A stretch of 64,000 bases of DNA from the NCBI RefSeq assembly GCF_006345805.1, contig NC_043007.1:8370001-8434000 (forward strand). The letters run 5' to 3'. Numbering within the stretch: position 1 is the first letter of the stretch; each line of letters begins with the position of its first letter. Below, one piece after another: positions 13,003 through 25,589 of the stretch. This DNA comes from Octopus sinensis (taxonomy: Eukaryota). A program made the position numbers and the translations under genes. The notes beneath the pieces are model-generated. The model was not told the origin of the DNA, made no database searches, and saw nothing but the letters and a program-made list of their open reading frames with translations.

Positions 13003-13567
13003 CCATTGATATGCAAAAATATTAATCATATTTGGTAATGAAACCGATCTGAAAGAAGGGTCTTTATGAGAGTGAAGAATAAATAAAGAAGAAGAGCAGA
13101 GAGAAGAAAAAGGGAAAAGTTGAATCTGGTTGTAATCCTACCACTTTGATTGTGGATCTCTTTGGGACATTAAGTAAAAGACTAAGCCAAAATAGCGATT
13201 AGTGGATTAATCCTCTATAAAAAGAGGGGGGGAGGTTATAAGATGGTTAAATAAAAATATAAAAAAACCAAAAATAATAGTGGGATACGTCAAAAGGTTT
13301 TAGTCGGAATAAGGGTACCCCACAATTAATTTTTGTTTTTTTATTATTTATCCATCTTACCCCACCCTGTACAGAGAATTAACCCACTAATAGCTATTTT
13401 GGTTTAGTTTTTTTTTTACTTAACGCTCTAAAGAGATACACAAGCAAAATGGTAGGACTACAACCATATTCAACTTTTCCTCTTCTTTATTCTTCACTCT
13501 GATGAAGCTCCATGTTTCAGATTGGTTTTATTAACAAATATGATTAATATTTTTAGCTTATAAATGG
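13003..13567. repeat. Degenerate inverted repeat with about 200-bp arms
   Basis: 13003-13218 is reverse-complementary to 13368-13567. Confidence 0.7.
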
Positions 13568-14040
13568 CAATACCATACAACATTGGACGCAGATACAGCT
13601 GTTAGATGGGGTGCAGACTATTTGCATTGAATAAGAATAATTCAATAATAATTGAATTAAAACTATTGAAAAGGTTGCAAGACGCAACAAAAATTTTAGG
13701 AGAATAAAAATAAGAAAAATGTGGAAATTTTACCGGTGAGTGTGTTACATAATAAGGCAAAAAAAGAAAATGACTCTCCCCAGACAATTGAATTAATAAT
13801 AATAATAATAACTGATGTAAGTCAGTTGTTGTTTGTCAGTACTTCTCCATTTTCTGTTTTCTTCAAATTTTGATTCTTGATAAACTCAATTTATGGGCAT
13901 AATATGCTTGCATGTGTATGCCCCTCGTTAAATACAGGTAATATACCAGTAGCGTAATGGATTTCTTTCCTTTAGACGGTTATTTTAACCATCGTTAGCC
14001 ACTACACACATTTTTTCTCTCCTTGTTTCTTTCTGTGTCC

Positions 14041-14076
14041 CTTTCTGTAGAAGAGCATAGGCTCGAAACGTAAAAG
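14041..14076 (+). ncRNA. Variant minimal hammerhead motif
   Basis: cttt-CTGTAGA-a-gagc/gctc-GAAAC-GTA-aaag; the core has an A>T change. Related to the motif at 7687. Confidence 0.45.
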
Positions 14077-14166
14077 ACTTTTTCTATTCCTGAGCGTTAT
14101 ACAAATACATCTGTTTGTTTTCTGCACCACCTGTCTTTGTCTTTTGTTTCTTTCGTAAACTCTCCC

Positions 14167-14201
<35 letters not shown>

Positions 14202-14434
14202 CCATGTATATGTTGCAAGTACCTCTCCTGCCATTCCTTATGCTATTCTAGATTACCATTCCTCTTGAGTTACCAAATGTAAACAACCAGCATCCATAGC
14301 ACCACCACACAAACATCCTTGAACCCATAAGTTTCAGTGTGTTTTCTGTACATTTTTGTATCACAATTACAGACAACTTCAGGAAGACTAAATCAATACG
14401 TTGACCCCCAACTGGACACAAAACCTGTACTTAC

Positions 14435-14543
14435 GTGCTCTTTTGGTGTCTTTTACTAAATCTTGTACAAGCTTCATGAATGGATCTTCCTCTTCATCCT
14501 CAGAAGATGATGATGATGATGGCAGCAGTGATGCTGAAACAGG
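14435..14543 (-). CDS. UTP25: UTP25 coding exon 3
   Basis: ttcttattcag acceptor and GTAAGT donor; PVSASLLPSSSSSSEDEEEDPFMKLVQDLVKDTKRA, phase 0 to 1. Resembles the Ser/acidic stretch followed by a helix in DIEXF. Confidence 0.8.
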
Positions 14544-15069
14544 CTGAATAAGAAGAGAATGAAAGTCAAAAACCTGTCAAGTGGCATTTAGATTTCTGAC
14601 TCAGATTTAAGGGGAAGAGTTAAGCTGACAATATCAAGATTGATATGTTGAGTAGTACTTCATGTTATTGACCCCAGAATCATGAAAAACGAAGTTAACC
14701 TAGGTGGGATTTGAACTCAGAATGTAGAGATTTGTAACTAAAAAACCATAAGCCATTTTAACTGATCCTCTACCAGTTCTGTCAATTAGTAAAATATTGA
14801 GGGAAATTATGTTTTTTTCCCCTCTGTAAGTAGCTTGAGAACACACCAGACACACACACACTGACCTAATTTATAGTTCAAAGAAGGGGACCGGCTCGAC
14901 TGCCTTCCTCCACTAAACAATTCTTGACTAATAATGGATCCTCAATGGGTTGGACAAATATATTGAGACATTGACAGCCAGTAAATAAAATAATATTGCA
15001 AAATTCTGGTTTCTTTGGGGGTACCCCCCACTCATATTTATTAAGAAATATAAAATAAATAACACTCAC

Positions 15070-15106
15070 ATGCTTTTCTGCAGGAAAGGGATCAGGAGGA
15101 ATATTT
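15070..15106 (-). CDS. UTP25: UTP25 coding exon 2 (37 nt)
   Basis: ttttctcttttag acceptor and GTGAGT donor; reads (K)NIPPDPFPAEKH, phase 2 to 0. Confidence 0.75.
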
Positions 15107-18039
15107 CTAAAAGAGAAAGAAAAAAGGAAAAGGAAATAACTTCAACAGACGATTTAGGAGATAAAGATGTTGTGATGTTCATGCCTTTCCCACCCTGAAC
15201 TAACAGATACTCTATATCAATACTGTAAGACAGCAAAATTGTTGTTTAACCCTAAATGAACCTGATCTAGCAGACCAAGCACCAAAAACATTCCAGCTAT
15301 GGCCATCCCATCTATCTTTTAGGGCTGTGCAAGATTATTTTCTGTAATGTTTCATTTCCTTTATTGAAGATGCTAGGATGTAGATCAGAGAAATCTGGCT
15401 GCTATTTCTAGTAGGGTGAAACGAGGAAGGACACTTCAGGTAATATCGTCCTAGAAACATCATGGTTTGAATATGTAGGATCATATACTCAATCAGGGAA
15501 GACATGGAAGGAAATGGAAACAAGTGTAATACATTAATTAATTAATGTAATACATTAATCAATGCAGCTGTAAACAGCATCGATCTTAACACCACACTGC
15601 CTCATGTCGTGGCAGCATGGTCAAATAAGTTCCCTTTACTATCAACCCTAAGGTCTCAGGTCCAAGGGCAAGTGTTGTGTATGATAGCCTGGAAACCGGG
15701 TAGATAGAAACCGTTTGGAAAGATACAAGGGTGCATAGCCAGGGTGAGCTGCTACTTCCCTGCATCAAGATATCACAGCTTTGGCACAACGCACATTAGA
15801 ATGTCAAAGGAAAGAAACCAAAACGGATGCTTTGTGCTAAGTCAACTGGCAGGAGGCCCACAAAATTTTTTTTCCACAAGAGTTCTGGACCTCAGTAACG
15901 AACTCATTTACATATAGCCAATCAGAGCAGAGCCACCTTTATCCTTTCTAGTCAGTGCAGTGCATTCTTTACTCTTTCCCCTCTCTATTGGTAGACAGCA
16001 ACTTCTGTCTAGGTTAATGTTGGTTTCTTTTTGTTATTGAGCATTGAGGTGGATGTGAAGTGTGCTAAAAATAACAGCTAAATAAGATTTTTTGGATAAA
16101 TCTTTTAAATTAAAGTTTATTTGCAAACATCTCACTCAGAGATTTAAAACTGTTTTTCTCTTTTAAATTAACAGACATTTATTGACATGAAAGAAAATTA
16201 CCAGAGAACTTTCATCTAATTCTTTTAAATCATCATCATCATTTAATGTCTGCTTTTTATGCTGGTATGGGTTGGACGGTTTGACCGAGGACTGGTGAAC
16301 CAGAGGCTGTATCAGGCTCAATCTGATCTGGCAAAGTTTCTACAGCTGGATTCCCTTCCTAACGCCAACCACTCCAAGAATGTAGTGGGTGCTTTTACAT
16401 GCCACCAGCATGAGGGCCAGTAAGGCAGTTCTGGCAGTGATCATGCTCAAAGATGTTTTTACATGCTACTTGCATGGGAACCAGTCCTGCGGCACTGGCA
16501 ATGACCACGCTATTTGTTAAAAATTGTAATGTGTTGTTTATCACATTAAATACTGGTGGTTGTAAGGTGTGCTAAAAATAACAGCTAAATAAGATTTATT
16601 TACATGAAATAAAATTACCGGAGGCATAACATGTTTCCAAATATTCTTTTCAACTCAAGGCACAAAACTTTTGGGAAGGGGACCAGTTGATTAGATCGAC
16701 CTCAGTATGCAACTGGTACTTAAATTTATCGACCCTGAAAGGATGAAAGGCAAAGTCGAGCTTGGCGGAGTGCCGTTTTCATAATATTGACAGCAGTGTA
16801 TCTATAAACCCTTCAAGCAGCTTCCATACTTTCATATTCGTGCAAAACATTATCTTTGATTGCTATAGTAATTTAAACCTATCGCTAACGAGCGAATGAA
16901 TTCAGCATCGATGATTTTGGCATTTGAACGAGAGCACAATACAAGATTCGCATGGTAATCGGAGGTGGCCATTTGGAATGCCAACATTTGTTAACTTAAC
17001 AAGGTGAAAGTGAGCTCTGACTGGCTGAATGCAGACACGTACTTTACTGAGTTCTAGAACTCTCATGGGAAAAAAAAAAAAAATTTGCAAGAGGCCCAGG
17101 GGTCAACAAATAACAAGAGATGGTTGGATAATTTCCATAGTCTCAGTTGATCACGTTTGGGAAATTAACAGGAAAGTCTAATGACAGCTGCTTCTGATAG
17201 GACCCTCTTGCAGAAGGGCCTGAGGACTCTACTTCCAGAAGTGGAGATGGATGGATGAATTGCATTAAGGGTATATATGCCTGCAGAATACTCAGCCACT
17301 TATAAGCTGATTTAGTCAGAAGGTAGCTCAAGTGATTAAACAGCTGAATATTCTTCCTTTAATGTGATGGAGCTCCATCATAAAAGTATAAGGACCATGA
17401 AGAGGTTCCCTTGTTTACTTGTATACACAAAAGAGTTGTGCATGCAAGCTAACAAGATTGTATATACAAACAGAGTTTGACATAACAACATGTTTATGCT
17501 GAGGAAAGGAATATTCAACCAAATTCCAAAAATTGCTTTTTTCATCTCATATTTGACACTTCATCATCCTCCACAAATAAGAAAAAAAAAAGGTTAGCCT
17601 ACACTTCCACATTGAAATTTGGTAACAAAGAGGGACTGGCACAGAGAAATCTAAGTGCTGGTTTCAATATATCAACACTTATATACCGTGGTCAATATAT
17701 TTGACCAAGCATTTAATTATTAATTTTATGGTGATACAAATCTACAACCATCACCCAAAGTCAAGACAAAAAGACATCCCCTCCCACACCCACATATATA
17801 TCAGCATCATTACTCACAGTCCATTTCCCATGCTGGCATGGGTCGGACAGTTTGACAAGAGCTGGCAAGTCAAAAGACTGCGCCAAGTCTTACTGCATGT
17901 TTCGGCATGGTTTCTATGGCTGGATGCCCTTCCTAACACCAACCGTAGAGTACACTGGGTGCTTTCTTCTCCATGTGGTGATATGCAAAAGCACCCAGCA
18001 CCCTGTAAACTGGTTGGTGTTAGGAAGGACATCCAGCTG

Positions 18040-20063
18040 GGATCTCTTCAGTTTTGCTTACAGATATTTTAATTATTTTTTAACTAAACAGTTTGAAACT
18101 TTGTATACAGCTGTAATTTCTCACACTGACCATGGTTTACTTTCAACATTTTTAACAAAATTTCATATTTTAGAAATTATTTCGTGTTAAAGTTGTTGTA
18201 TTTGGGTAATTTTAACCCATTAATGGTGTGTATTCACCTGAAGAAAGCTGCTGCTGCTTACACAAGTAATCGAAGAGGAACAACTTCTGGCTCATTTCTA
18301 AATGTCACCATCCTGTTCCATTTTATTTTTGTTTACTGCCTGTGCTGTATACGAGGGACGTTCAATAAATAATGCCCCTGACCCAGTTGCAGTTGTTTGA
18401 TCTAGCTGAAATTTTGCATGCGCAATTATTTATATCTCTATAGATTAAGTGGTAAATTACAGCTCTAAACTAATTGTGGTTTCTGATTTACAGGTGTTTG
18501 AACTGAGTCAAGTATGAAATGGAGCCTCTTAAGTGTCGAGCAGTGATCCGGTTTTTGTATTTGAAAGGACGCACACCACGGGAGACTTTTGATGAAATGA
18601 AAGTAACTTATGGTGATGATGCCCCATCATATGACCTTATAAAATGCTGGCATCGTAAATTCAAACATGGTCAGAACTCTGTGGAAACAGCTCCCAGATC
18701 TGGTCGCCCCCTTCTGCTATTGATGAGGCATCTGTCCGTCAAGTTGAGGCTGCCATTTTAGAAGATCGACGCATAACTATTTGTCAAATAGCCCATGAGG
18801 TCAAGATTAGTACCGGGTCTGTGGAAACTATCATTCATGACCATTTGCATATGCAAAAGGTGTCTGCCAGATGGATTCCCAGGTTGCTCACACCTTTCAA
18901 GAAGCAAAAACGTGTCGAGTGCTCGAGGATGAATTTGGAGATGTGCCAAGAAGATGAGTCAAAATTTTTCAAAAGACTGATTACACAGGATGAAACCTGG
19001 GTCCATCACTATGATCCAGAGACCAAAGCCTAGTCAATGCAGTGGAAGCACAGTGACTCACCTCCTCCAAAGAAGGCAAGGGTGCAGCCCTCCGCTGGCA
19101 AGGTCATGCTCACAGTCTTCTGGGACCAGGACGGAGTAGTGATGACAGATTTCCTGGCAAAGGGTACCACAATTACAGGAGCCTATTATGCTTCACTTTT
19201 GAAGAAATTAAGAGAAGCTATCAAAATCAAGAGGCGGGGCAATATCAGCAAAGGCATCCTCCTCCTGCAGGACAACGCTCCGGTTCACAACTCGCGTGTT
19301 GCCAAATCAGAAGCACAGGCATGCGGCTATGAACTCCTCTCCCATCTCCTTACTCTCCTGACCTTGCACCCTCTGAGTTTCACCTCTTCCCAGCCATGAA
19401 GTTGTTTTTGAAAGGAAAGCGTTTCCCAGATGATGCAGCTTTGATTTCTGAAGTCACGTCGTGGTTGGAGGACCAAGCTGAGGTCTTCTACAAAAACGGT
19501 CTCAAGAGCTGCATCAAACAATGGGAGAAATGCCTAACTCTGGGTGGTTCCTATGTAGAAAAAGACTAATAACTGCGCCAAGTTTTGTTGCTCAACTGCT
19601 ATGGGACGTGGGTCAGGGGCATTACTTATTGAACGCCCCTCGTATTACACTCCTTAGCTTTTTTTATTGCGTTTTGATTGCCTCTTTGCACAAGTGGTAA
19701 AAGTGCAAATGTATAAAGAGGCAATTGAAAAGCAAACAAAGAGTGTAGTATGCAACACAGGCAGTAAACAAAAATAAAATAGAACAGAGTGGTAACATTT
19801 AGTAGAGATGGCCCGGAAGATGTTCTTCGATTACTTTAGCAAACAGCAGCAGCTTTCTTCAGTTGATTACACATCATTGATTGGTCAAAATTACCCAAAT
19901 ACAACAACTTTAACATGAAATAACTTCTAAAACACGAAATTTTGTCAAAAGTGTTGAAAGCAAACATGTTCAGCATGAGAAATTACACCAATATACAAAG
20001 TTTAAAACTGTTTAGTTAAAAAAATAGTAATTTTAAAATCTGTGAGCAAAACTGAAGAGGAAC
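18040..20063. mobile_element. Foldback non-autonomous DNA transposon with an 8-bp TSD, interrupted by a mariner
   Basis: Arms 18040-18351 (plus 19645-19690) and about 19712-20063 are reverse complements. TCCAGCTG is duplicated at 18032-18039 and 20064-20071. Confidence 0.85.
18352..19642 (+). mobile_element. Full-length mariner transposon with a disrupted transposase
   Basis: About 35-bp TIRs (CGAGGGACGTTCAATAAATAATGCCCCTGACCCA) with a TA TSD. Transposase 18519-19569 has WIPRLL, TQDETW and QDNAPVH motifs, broken by frameshifts and a TAG at 19031. Confidence 0.95.
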
Positions 20064-20384
20064 TCCAGCTGTAGAAACTATGCCAAATCAGACAGGAACC
20101 TGGTACCAGCATGGTCAATGGACATTAAATGATGATATATATATATATATCATTACCACCATCATTTAATGCCCGTTTTCCATGCTGGCATGGGTTGGAC
20201 GGTTCGACAGGTCTGGAAAGCCAGGAGGCTGCACCAGGCTCTAGTCTGATCTGGCAGTGTTTCTACAGCTGGTTACCCTTCCTAATGCCAAACACTCCAA
20301 GAGTGTAGTGGCTACTTTTTTTACGTACCACTGGCACAGGAGCCAGTCAAGGCAGAGCTGGCATTGACCACGTTCAGATGGTGC

Positions 20385-20415
<31 letters not shown>

Positions 20416-20444
20416 TTAATAACAACAATACCAGGATGGAATTT

Positions 20445-21245
20445 ACAAATGTTTAATACATCACTATCTACATTTCCACCGATCAGATACTTTTGACATC
20501 AGAGTCAGTATTATCCGTGGGCATCATCAGCAGTCCAATTCACCAGGCAATACTGAATAAATGGATGAACTACAGAGGGAAGATTATCACTTCTTGCCAG
20601 TATGAAGGGCAATCCAGCTATGTGGGTTTTTCTGTATGTAATTGGTAGGGAGGTAGGTGTAGGTGTTGGAATTATTTGCTATTCATTCTGCAGATTTAAG
20701 GATTGTAGTCTATCTCTTTGTTCTATTTCATTCAAGAAAGGGACTCTCCCTCAATAAATTCTGAACCCAACAGGTGGTCAGCTGTTATATTATCACCATA
20801 AGAAGGGTGGTATTAATCAATGTAGTGAACAAACCCTACTTTTATAGCAGCTGACCACCTGTTAAGTTCAGAATTCATTGAGGGAGAGTCAGGTTTTGAA
20901 CAAAGATATAAACTACAATCAGTAAATCTGCTGAATGAATCAATGACCATCTTTAAAATCAGCAGATTGAATAGCAAATACCCCACCCCCCAATATTACT
21001 CCCATCACCTACCACCCCCTACTAATTACATACAGAAATACTCAGAGCTAGATTGGCCTTCATACTGGTAAGAAGGGATAAGCATCCTTCTGTGATTCAT
21101 CTAATTATACAGTATCGCCTGATGAAATGGCTCAATGATGATTCCCATGGATAGTATGAACTATACTGTACTAATCTCAAGGATACCGACTGATGTCAAA
21201 ATCGTCTGATCTGTGGAAACGTGTGTAGTGATGTATTAAATATTT
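20445..21245. repeat. About 800-bp degenerate foldback, Penelope-LTR-like
   Basis: The left and right halves are reverse complements around about 20790-20850; the arms carry CTGATG...GAAAC-like segments. Confidence 0.7.
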
Positions 21246-21313
21246 ATCCCACATTATATCAGTATAGCCATGATGCAACACCGAAAATCTGACTCACTAG
21301 TCAGTAACATTAA

Positions 21314-21527
21314 CCCTTTCGTTACTGTATTTATTTTGAGATGTTCTGTGTTTCTTTCAATTAATTTTAAATATAACAAAGAATTTAGTAAAATAACTTA
21401 GTTATCATTAAGCTAGTATTAGGAATATAAATTGCGACTAAGGTTTGGTGGAAGATTTTAATTCAAAACTTATGAAAACAAGACATTTGTACTCAGAGTC
21501 AGTTTCAGTTGAGTTATTCACGAAGGG
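21314..21527. mobile_element. piggyBac-type MITE
   Basis: TTAA-CCCTTTCGTTAC ... CACGAAGGG-TTAA; same terminus as the element at 40986. Confidence 0.8.
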
Positions 21528-24407
21528 TTAAACGGTAGCCAACAAAATGAAATGGAAGATTTATTTGCATAACCCTAATGCTACCTAAACAAATTTAAAA
21601 GATATCATCATCATTTAACATCTGTTCTCTATGCTAGCATGGGTTGGACGGTTCGACCAGGGATCTGGGAAGCCAGAAGGCTGCACCTGGCTCCAGTCTG
21701 ATCTGGAAGTGTTTCTATATATATATATAAGACACAGGCAGAGCTGGGTGTAAGACCTTTAATCATTAATTAACGAAGTTAACATTTTTGTTAAGGATTT
21801 AATTTTTAAGTTAACTTTGATAATCATTATCGGACTAATAATGCCACTTATCATAAATAACTTGCAGGACCTCATTTGGCCCTTCCTGGATTTGAAACCA
21901 AATCCACCTAGTTGTTACTTGCAAAGACAGCAGGAAATTTCTTTGTCCTGTCAAGAGAGACTGCAAACAAATAAGCATTACATCTGACAGATTAATATGA
22001 ACAATAAAGATGTTTTTAGGTGCTTTTTCTTACACACACACATAACATGGCCTTGCTTGGTTGGGACTACACGTGTGTTACTTTGACATTATCATTCCAT
22101 AAAATTTGTTTTGGGGAGAAAAATATTGAAAAATATCAATAGATGTGACAACAGCCAGATCCCCCTTAAATCACACATTTTCCTCTGAAATTATTAACAA
22201 TTTTCTTTTAACCCCAAAATGTTTCTCTCACAGGTTTTAAGTGCATAGTGTAAAAAAAAAAAAAAGGCCAAAATCATTTCAGAGTTGGGTGGTGTGAGGG
22301 AATAAAATAAATTTTCAAAATTTTTTTTCTTTTTATTCATGAAAAGATGCGTCCCATCATTCTGAAGACTTTGGGGAAAAATACTGGAAAAAATCCCTGT
22401 CAAAACAGAAATTCCAGCTTATGTAGACCGTCAGATCTGAAACTCCTCTCTCAGTCCCCTTCCAAAAGGTATCTGTAAATTCCATTAAAAAATACCTATT
22501 TTCCAGAAAGTTACAAGGGGGAAAATGTCGGGTTCTGTGAATTTTCTGAAACTCCTCTCCCCAACCTCTTGGAAAAACTTTCCAATAAATCTTCACATAC
22601 ACTCAATCTACAAGATATAAGCGATTAATTGGTGAAGGTTTTGTGAAAACATATCCATTATTCTGAAGTTATTAGGCAACGAAATCGGTGGGGCATTAAA
22701 CTGTAGTTATGGCTTTTTTCAATAAAAGTTAACGTTAACTTCCGTTATATTTTCAAAGAATTAACTTTTCAACTAACAGTGACCACCCCTGCATATACGT
22801 ATTTCTCAGGGAGGTTTAGCATGAGAGAAAGTAACAAGGTTGGCTGGCCCTTTGAAATACAGGTACAACTCATTTTTGCCAGCTGAGTGGACTGGAGCAA
22901 CGTGGAATAAAGGGTCTTGCTCAAGGACACACACACACACACATATACCTATGCACATATATGATGGACTTGTTTCAGTTTCGGTCTGCCAAATCCACTT
23001 TTGACGTTTGGGTTAGCTTGGGACAATAGAAGAAACAACTGGCCCAGGGTGCTGCACAGTTAGAGACTGAGCTTGAAACCACATAGCGGGGCCAAAAGTT
23101 CATTAACCGCATGGCTACGCCAGCACCTGTTTTACACACAGGTGGGTGAGCAAATGCTTCTGTTTACATCTACACTTGCTCCTACTATAACCACAACATT
23201 CAAGCTTTTTTTTTGTGGATATTTTGGTCAATAAACTGTCCACTTGCTGAGTTGAACAAGAAATCCCTGATTTGCAAAGTAAGGGTCAGTGTTAGAAAAT
23301 GGCTCTGACTGTAATGTAAAACAATGCCACAATAACAATTTCATCTCCTATATATACAGCAAGCTTCTTTCTGTCTCCCAAATCAATTCACAAGGCTGTG
23401 GTGGGCCAGGGTTTTTTGTAGAAGCAAGGTACCATGCAGTGGGTCTGCTAAAAATAGTAGCCAAAGCTCCGTCAATGCTTTCTTAAAAGACAATGAACAA
23501 TATAGTCCCAGATATACAAAAAAGATGGAATGGCCATGGTAGGATTGACTTTAATGACAGGTTTGCTCACCAGGGGTTAAATAACAACTCTCTTTTACAC
23601 AGTTCCAAGAATTTTACAATTAAGGTTTTCTTAAGTAGACAAGATTATTTGAACAATATGGAAGAGGAAAAGCACATTGTGGTATTCATGCCTTGCCTCA
23701 AAACAATACAAGTGAACCGAAGCAGCTACAACCAAGAATTGAAATCCAGTTATAAAAGCAAACAGCATTTGCTATGAACTAACAGAGGCTGCATTCAATT
23801 ATTTTCCCTCTCCAAAGAAGGATGGGTGGTGCTCTACTTTTCGAGAAGCACCAATATTAAATAAATCAAATTCTCTTTTACTCTATAATACATATCTTCT
23901 TTCCCCACTAAATAGCAGGCATAGCATCCTGGCTTCTCTAAGCAGATATTATTTTAACACAACATCAGAGAAAACACAAGAGGATTTGAAGCATAAATAT
24001 TTTATATTTTTTTTTATAGTTTTTGATTGGGAAGCTGCAGAAATGAATAACAAAATTCCTGAATAAAACCTTGGGCAAATTCTAGTTTAATTTATTTTGA
24101 ATTGCTTCACACTCTTCTTGTTCCTAAACCATTTTCTTTTCAGCCTTTCCACCTCACTGTATGCTATTTACTATAAATAAATAGCTATCATATTTTATTT
24201 TATAGTCATTATATAACTATTATTATTATTTTTATATTCGGTCTTGCTTCAGAGGAAGTAGCAATTATGTTGATTATTGTGAAAGGAATTACTAAGATAT
24301 ACGATATCTTAAAAACCAGCTATCTGTTACAGCTGTGGTAACCGAACTTATTCTTGAAGAGTAAGCATCTACTGTAAAAAAAAAGTATGTTAGAATTATA
24401 CAAACAT

Positions 24408-24452
<45 letters not shown>

Positions 24453-24956
24453 GGAACAGAAAAACAAAACAAAAAAAAAAGTAACAATTAGTATCATCAG
24501 GGGAAAACCAGCACTTTTATGAAAAGGGTGACTAAAAAAAAACTGCCATCTGCATAAATACTTTGTAACTAAAATTAGAATTATGGCTGGTGTTAGGCCC
24601 TAGGTAATTCCTGATCTAGATCAGGAATGTCATGTGTCCTTTTATTTTTTAAAAACAATAGGATGTATTTTAAGAGCTTTTTGACTGCTATTTTTAGCAT
24701 GTTGAGTAACCTACATAAGAGACTCAATAGTTAAGGAGGGTGGCGGATTAGTAAAAATGGTTGAGTGGCAAATAAACTGCTTTGTGGCATATAATTTTGT
24801 TCTTTTACATTCTAACTAAGTCCCCACCCCTAATCAGGTTCAACTCTACATTCCAGCCTTCTGGTGGGAGGAGAGAGACTTGATTAAGACACCAGTTGTG
24901 TATTTCAACAATGCCTCAGAAGGAGATCAACATTTGAGTTGAAGCAAATTGTGTAG

Positions 24957-25589
24957 GGATGAGGAGAGCTGTGTGAAAAAGTGTCCCACCCTAGCAGTTG
25001 AGGGAACCTGTGGAAGAGGTAGACCCATGAAGACATGGGATAAGGTGGTAAAGCATGACCTTTGAATGTTGGGCCTCACAGAGGTGATGACAAGTGACTG
25101 AGACCATTGGAGATATGCTGTGCTTGAGAAGACCCGGTAAGCCAAGTGAGACCATAACTAGCCCCTTTAAGAGTACCCTTCAATCATTGGGCAATAAACT
25201 GTACTTGAGAATATCTGTTGAGTCAAGTGAAATCATTATCGTGGCTGATGCCAGTACCTCCTGACTGGCACCCGTACCAGTGGCATGTAAAATGCACCAT
25301 TTGAGTGTGGTTGATGTCAGTGCCGCCTCACTGGTCCTGTGCCAGTGGAACCTAAAAAAGCACTATTTAAGTGTGGCTGTTGCCTGGGCTGCTTCACTGG
25401 CCCTCGTGCCAGTCGCACGTAAAAAGCACCTACTACACTCTCTGAGTGGTTGGCGTTAAGGGAATCCAGCTGTAGAAAACTTGCCAGATCAGATTGGAGC
25501 CTGGTGTAGCCTTCTGGCTAGCCAGTCCACAGTCAAACTGTCCACCCCATGCCAGCATGAAAAGAGGACATTAAATGATGATGATGATG
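24957..25589 (+). mobile_element. 5'-truncated RTE-clade LINE (ORF C-terminus, 3' UTR and (GAT)n tail)
   Basis: Degenerate DEESCVKKC...VEGTCGRGRPMKTWDKVVKHDL...W matches the RTE ORF end motif, followed by a subrepeat-containing UTR. Confidence 0.8.

Noticed and set aside
18519-19569. Active or domesticated mariner transposase
   Set aside because: At least two frameshifts and an in-frame stop.
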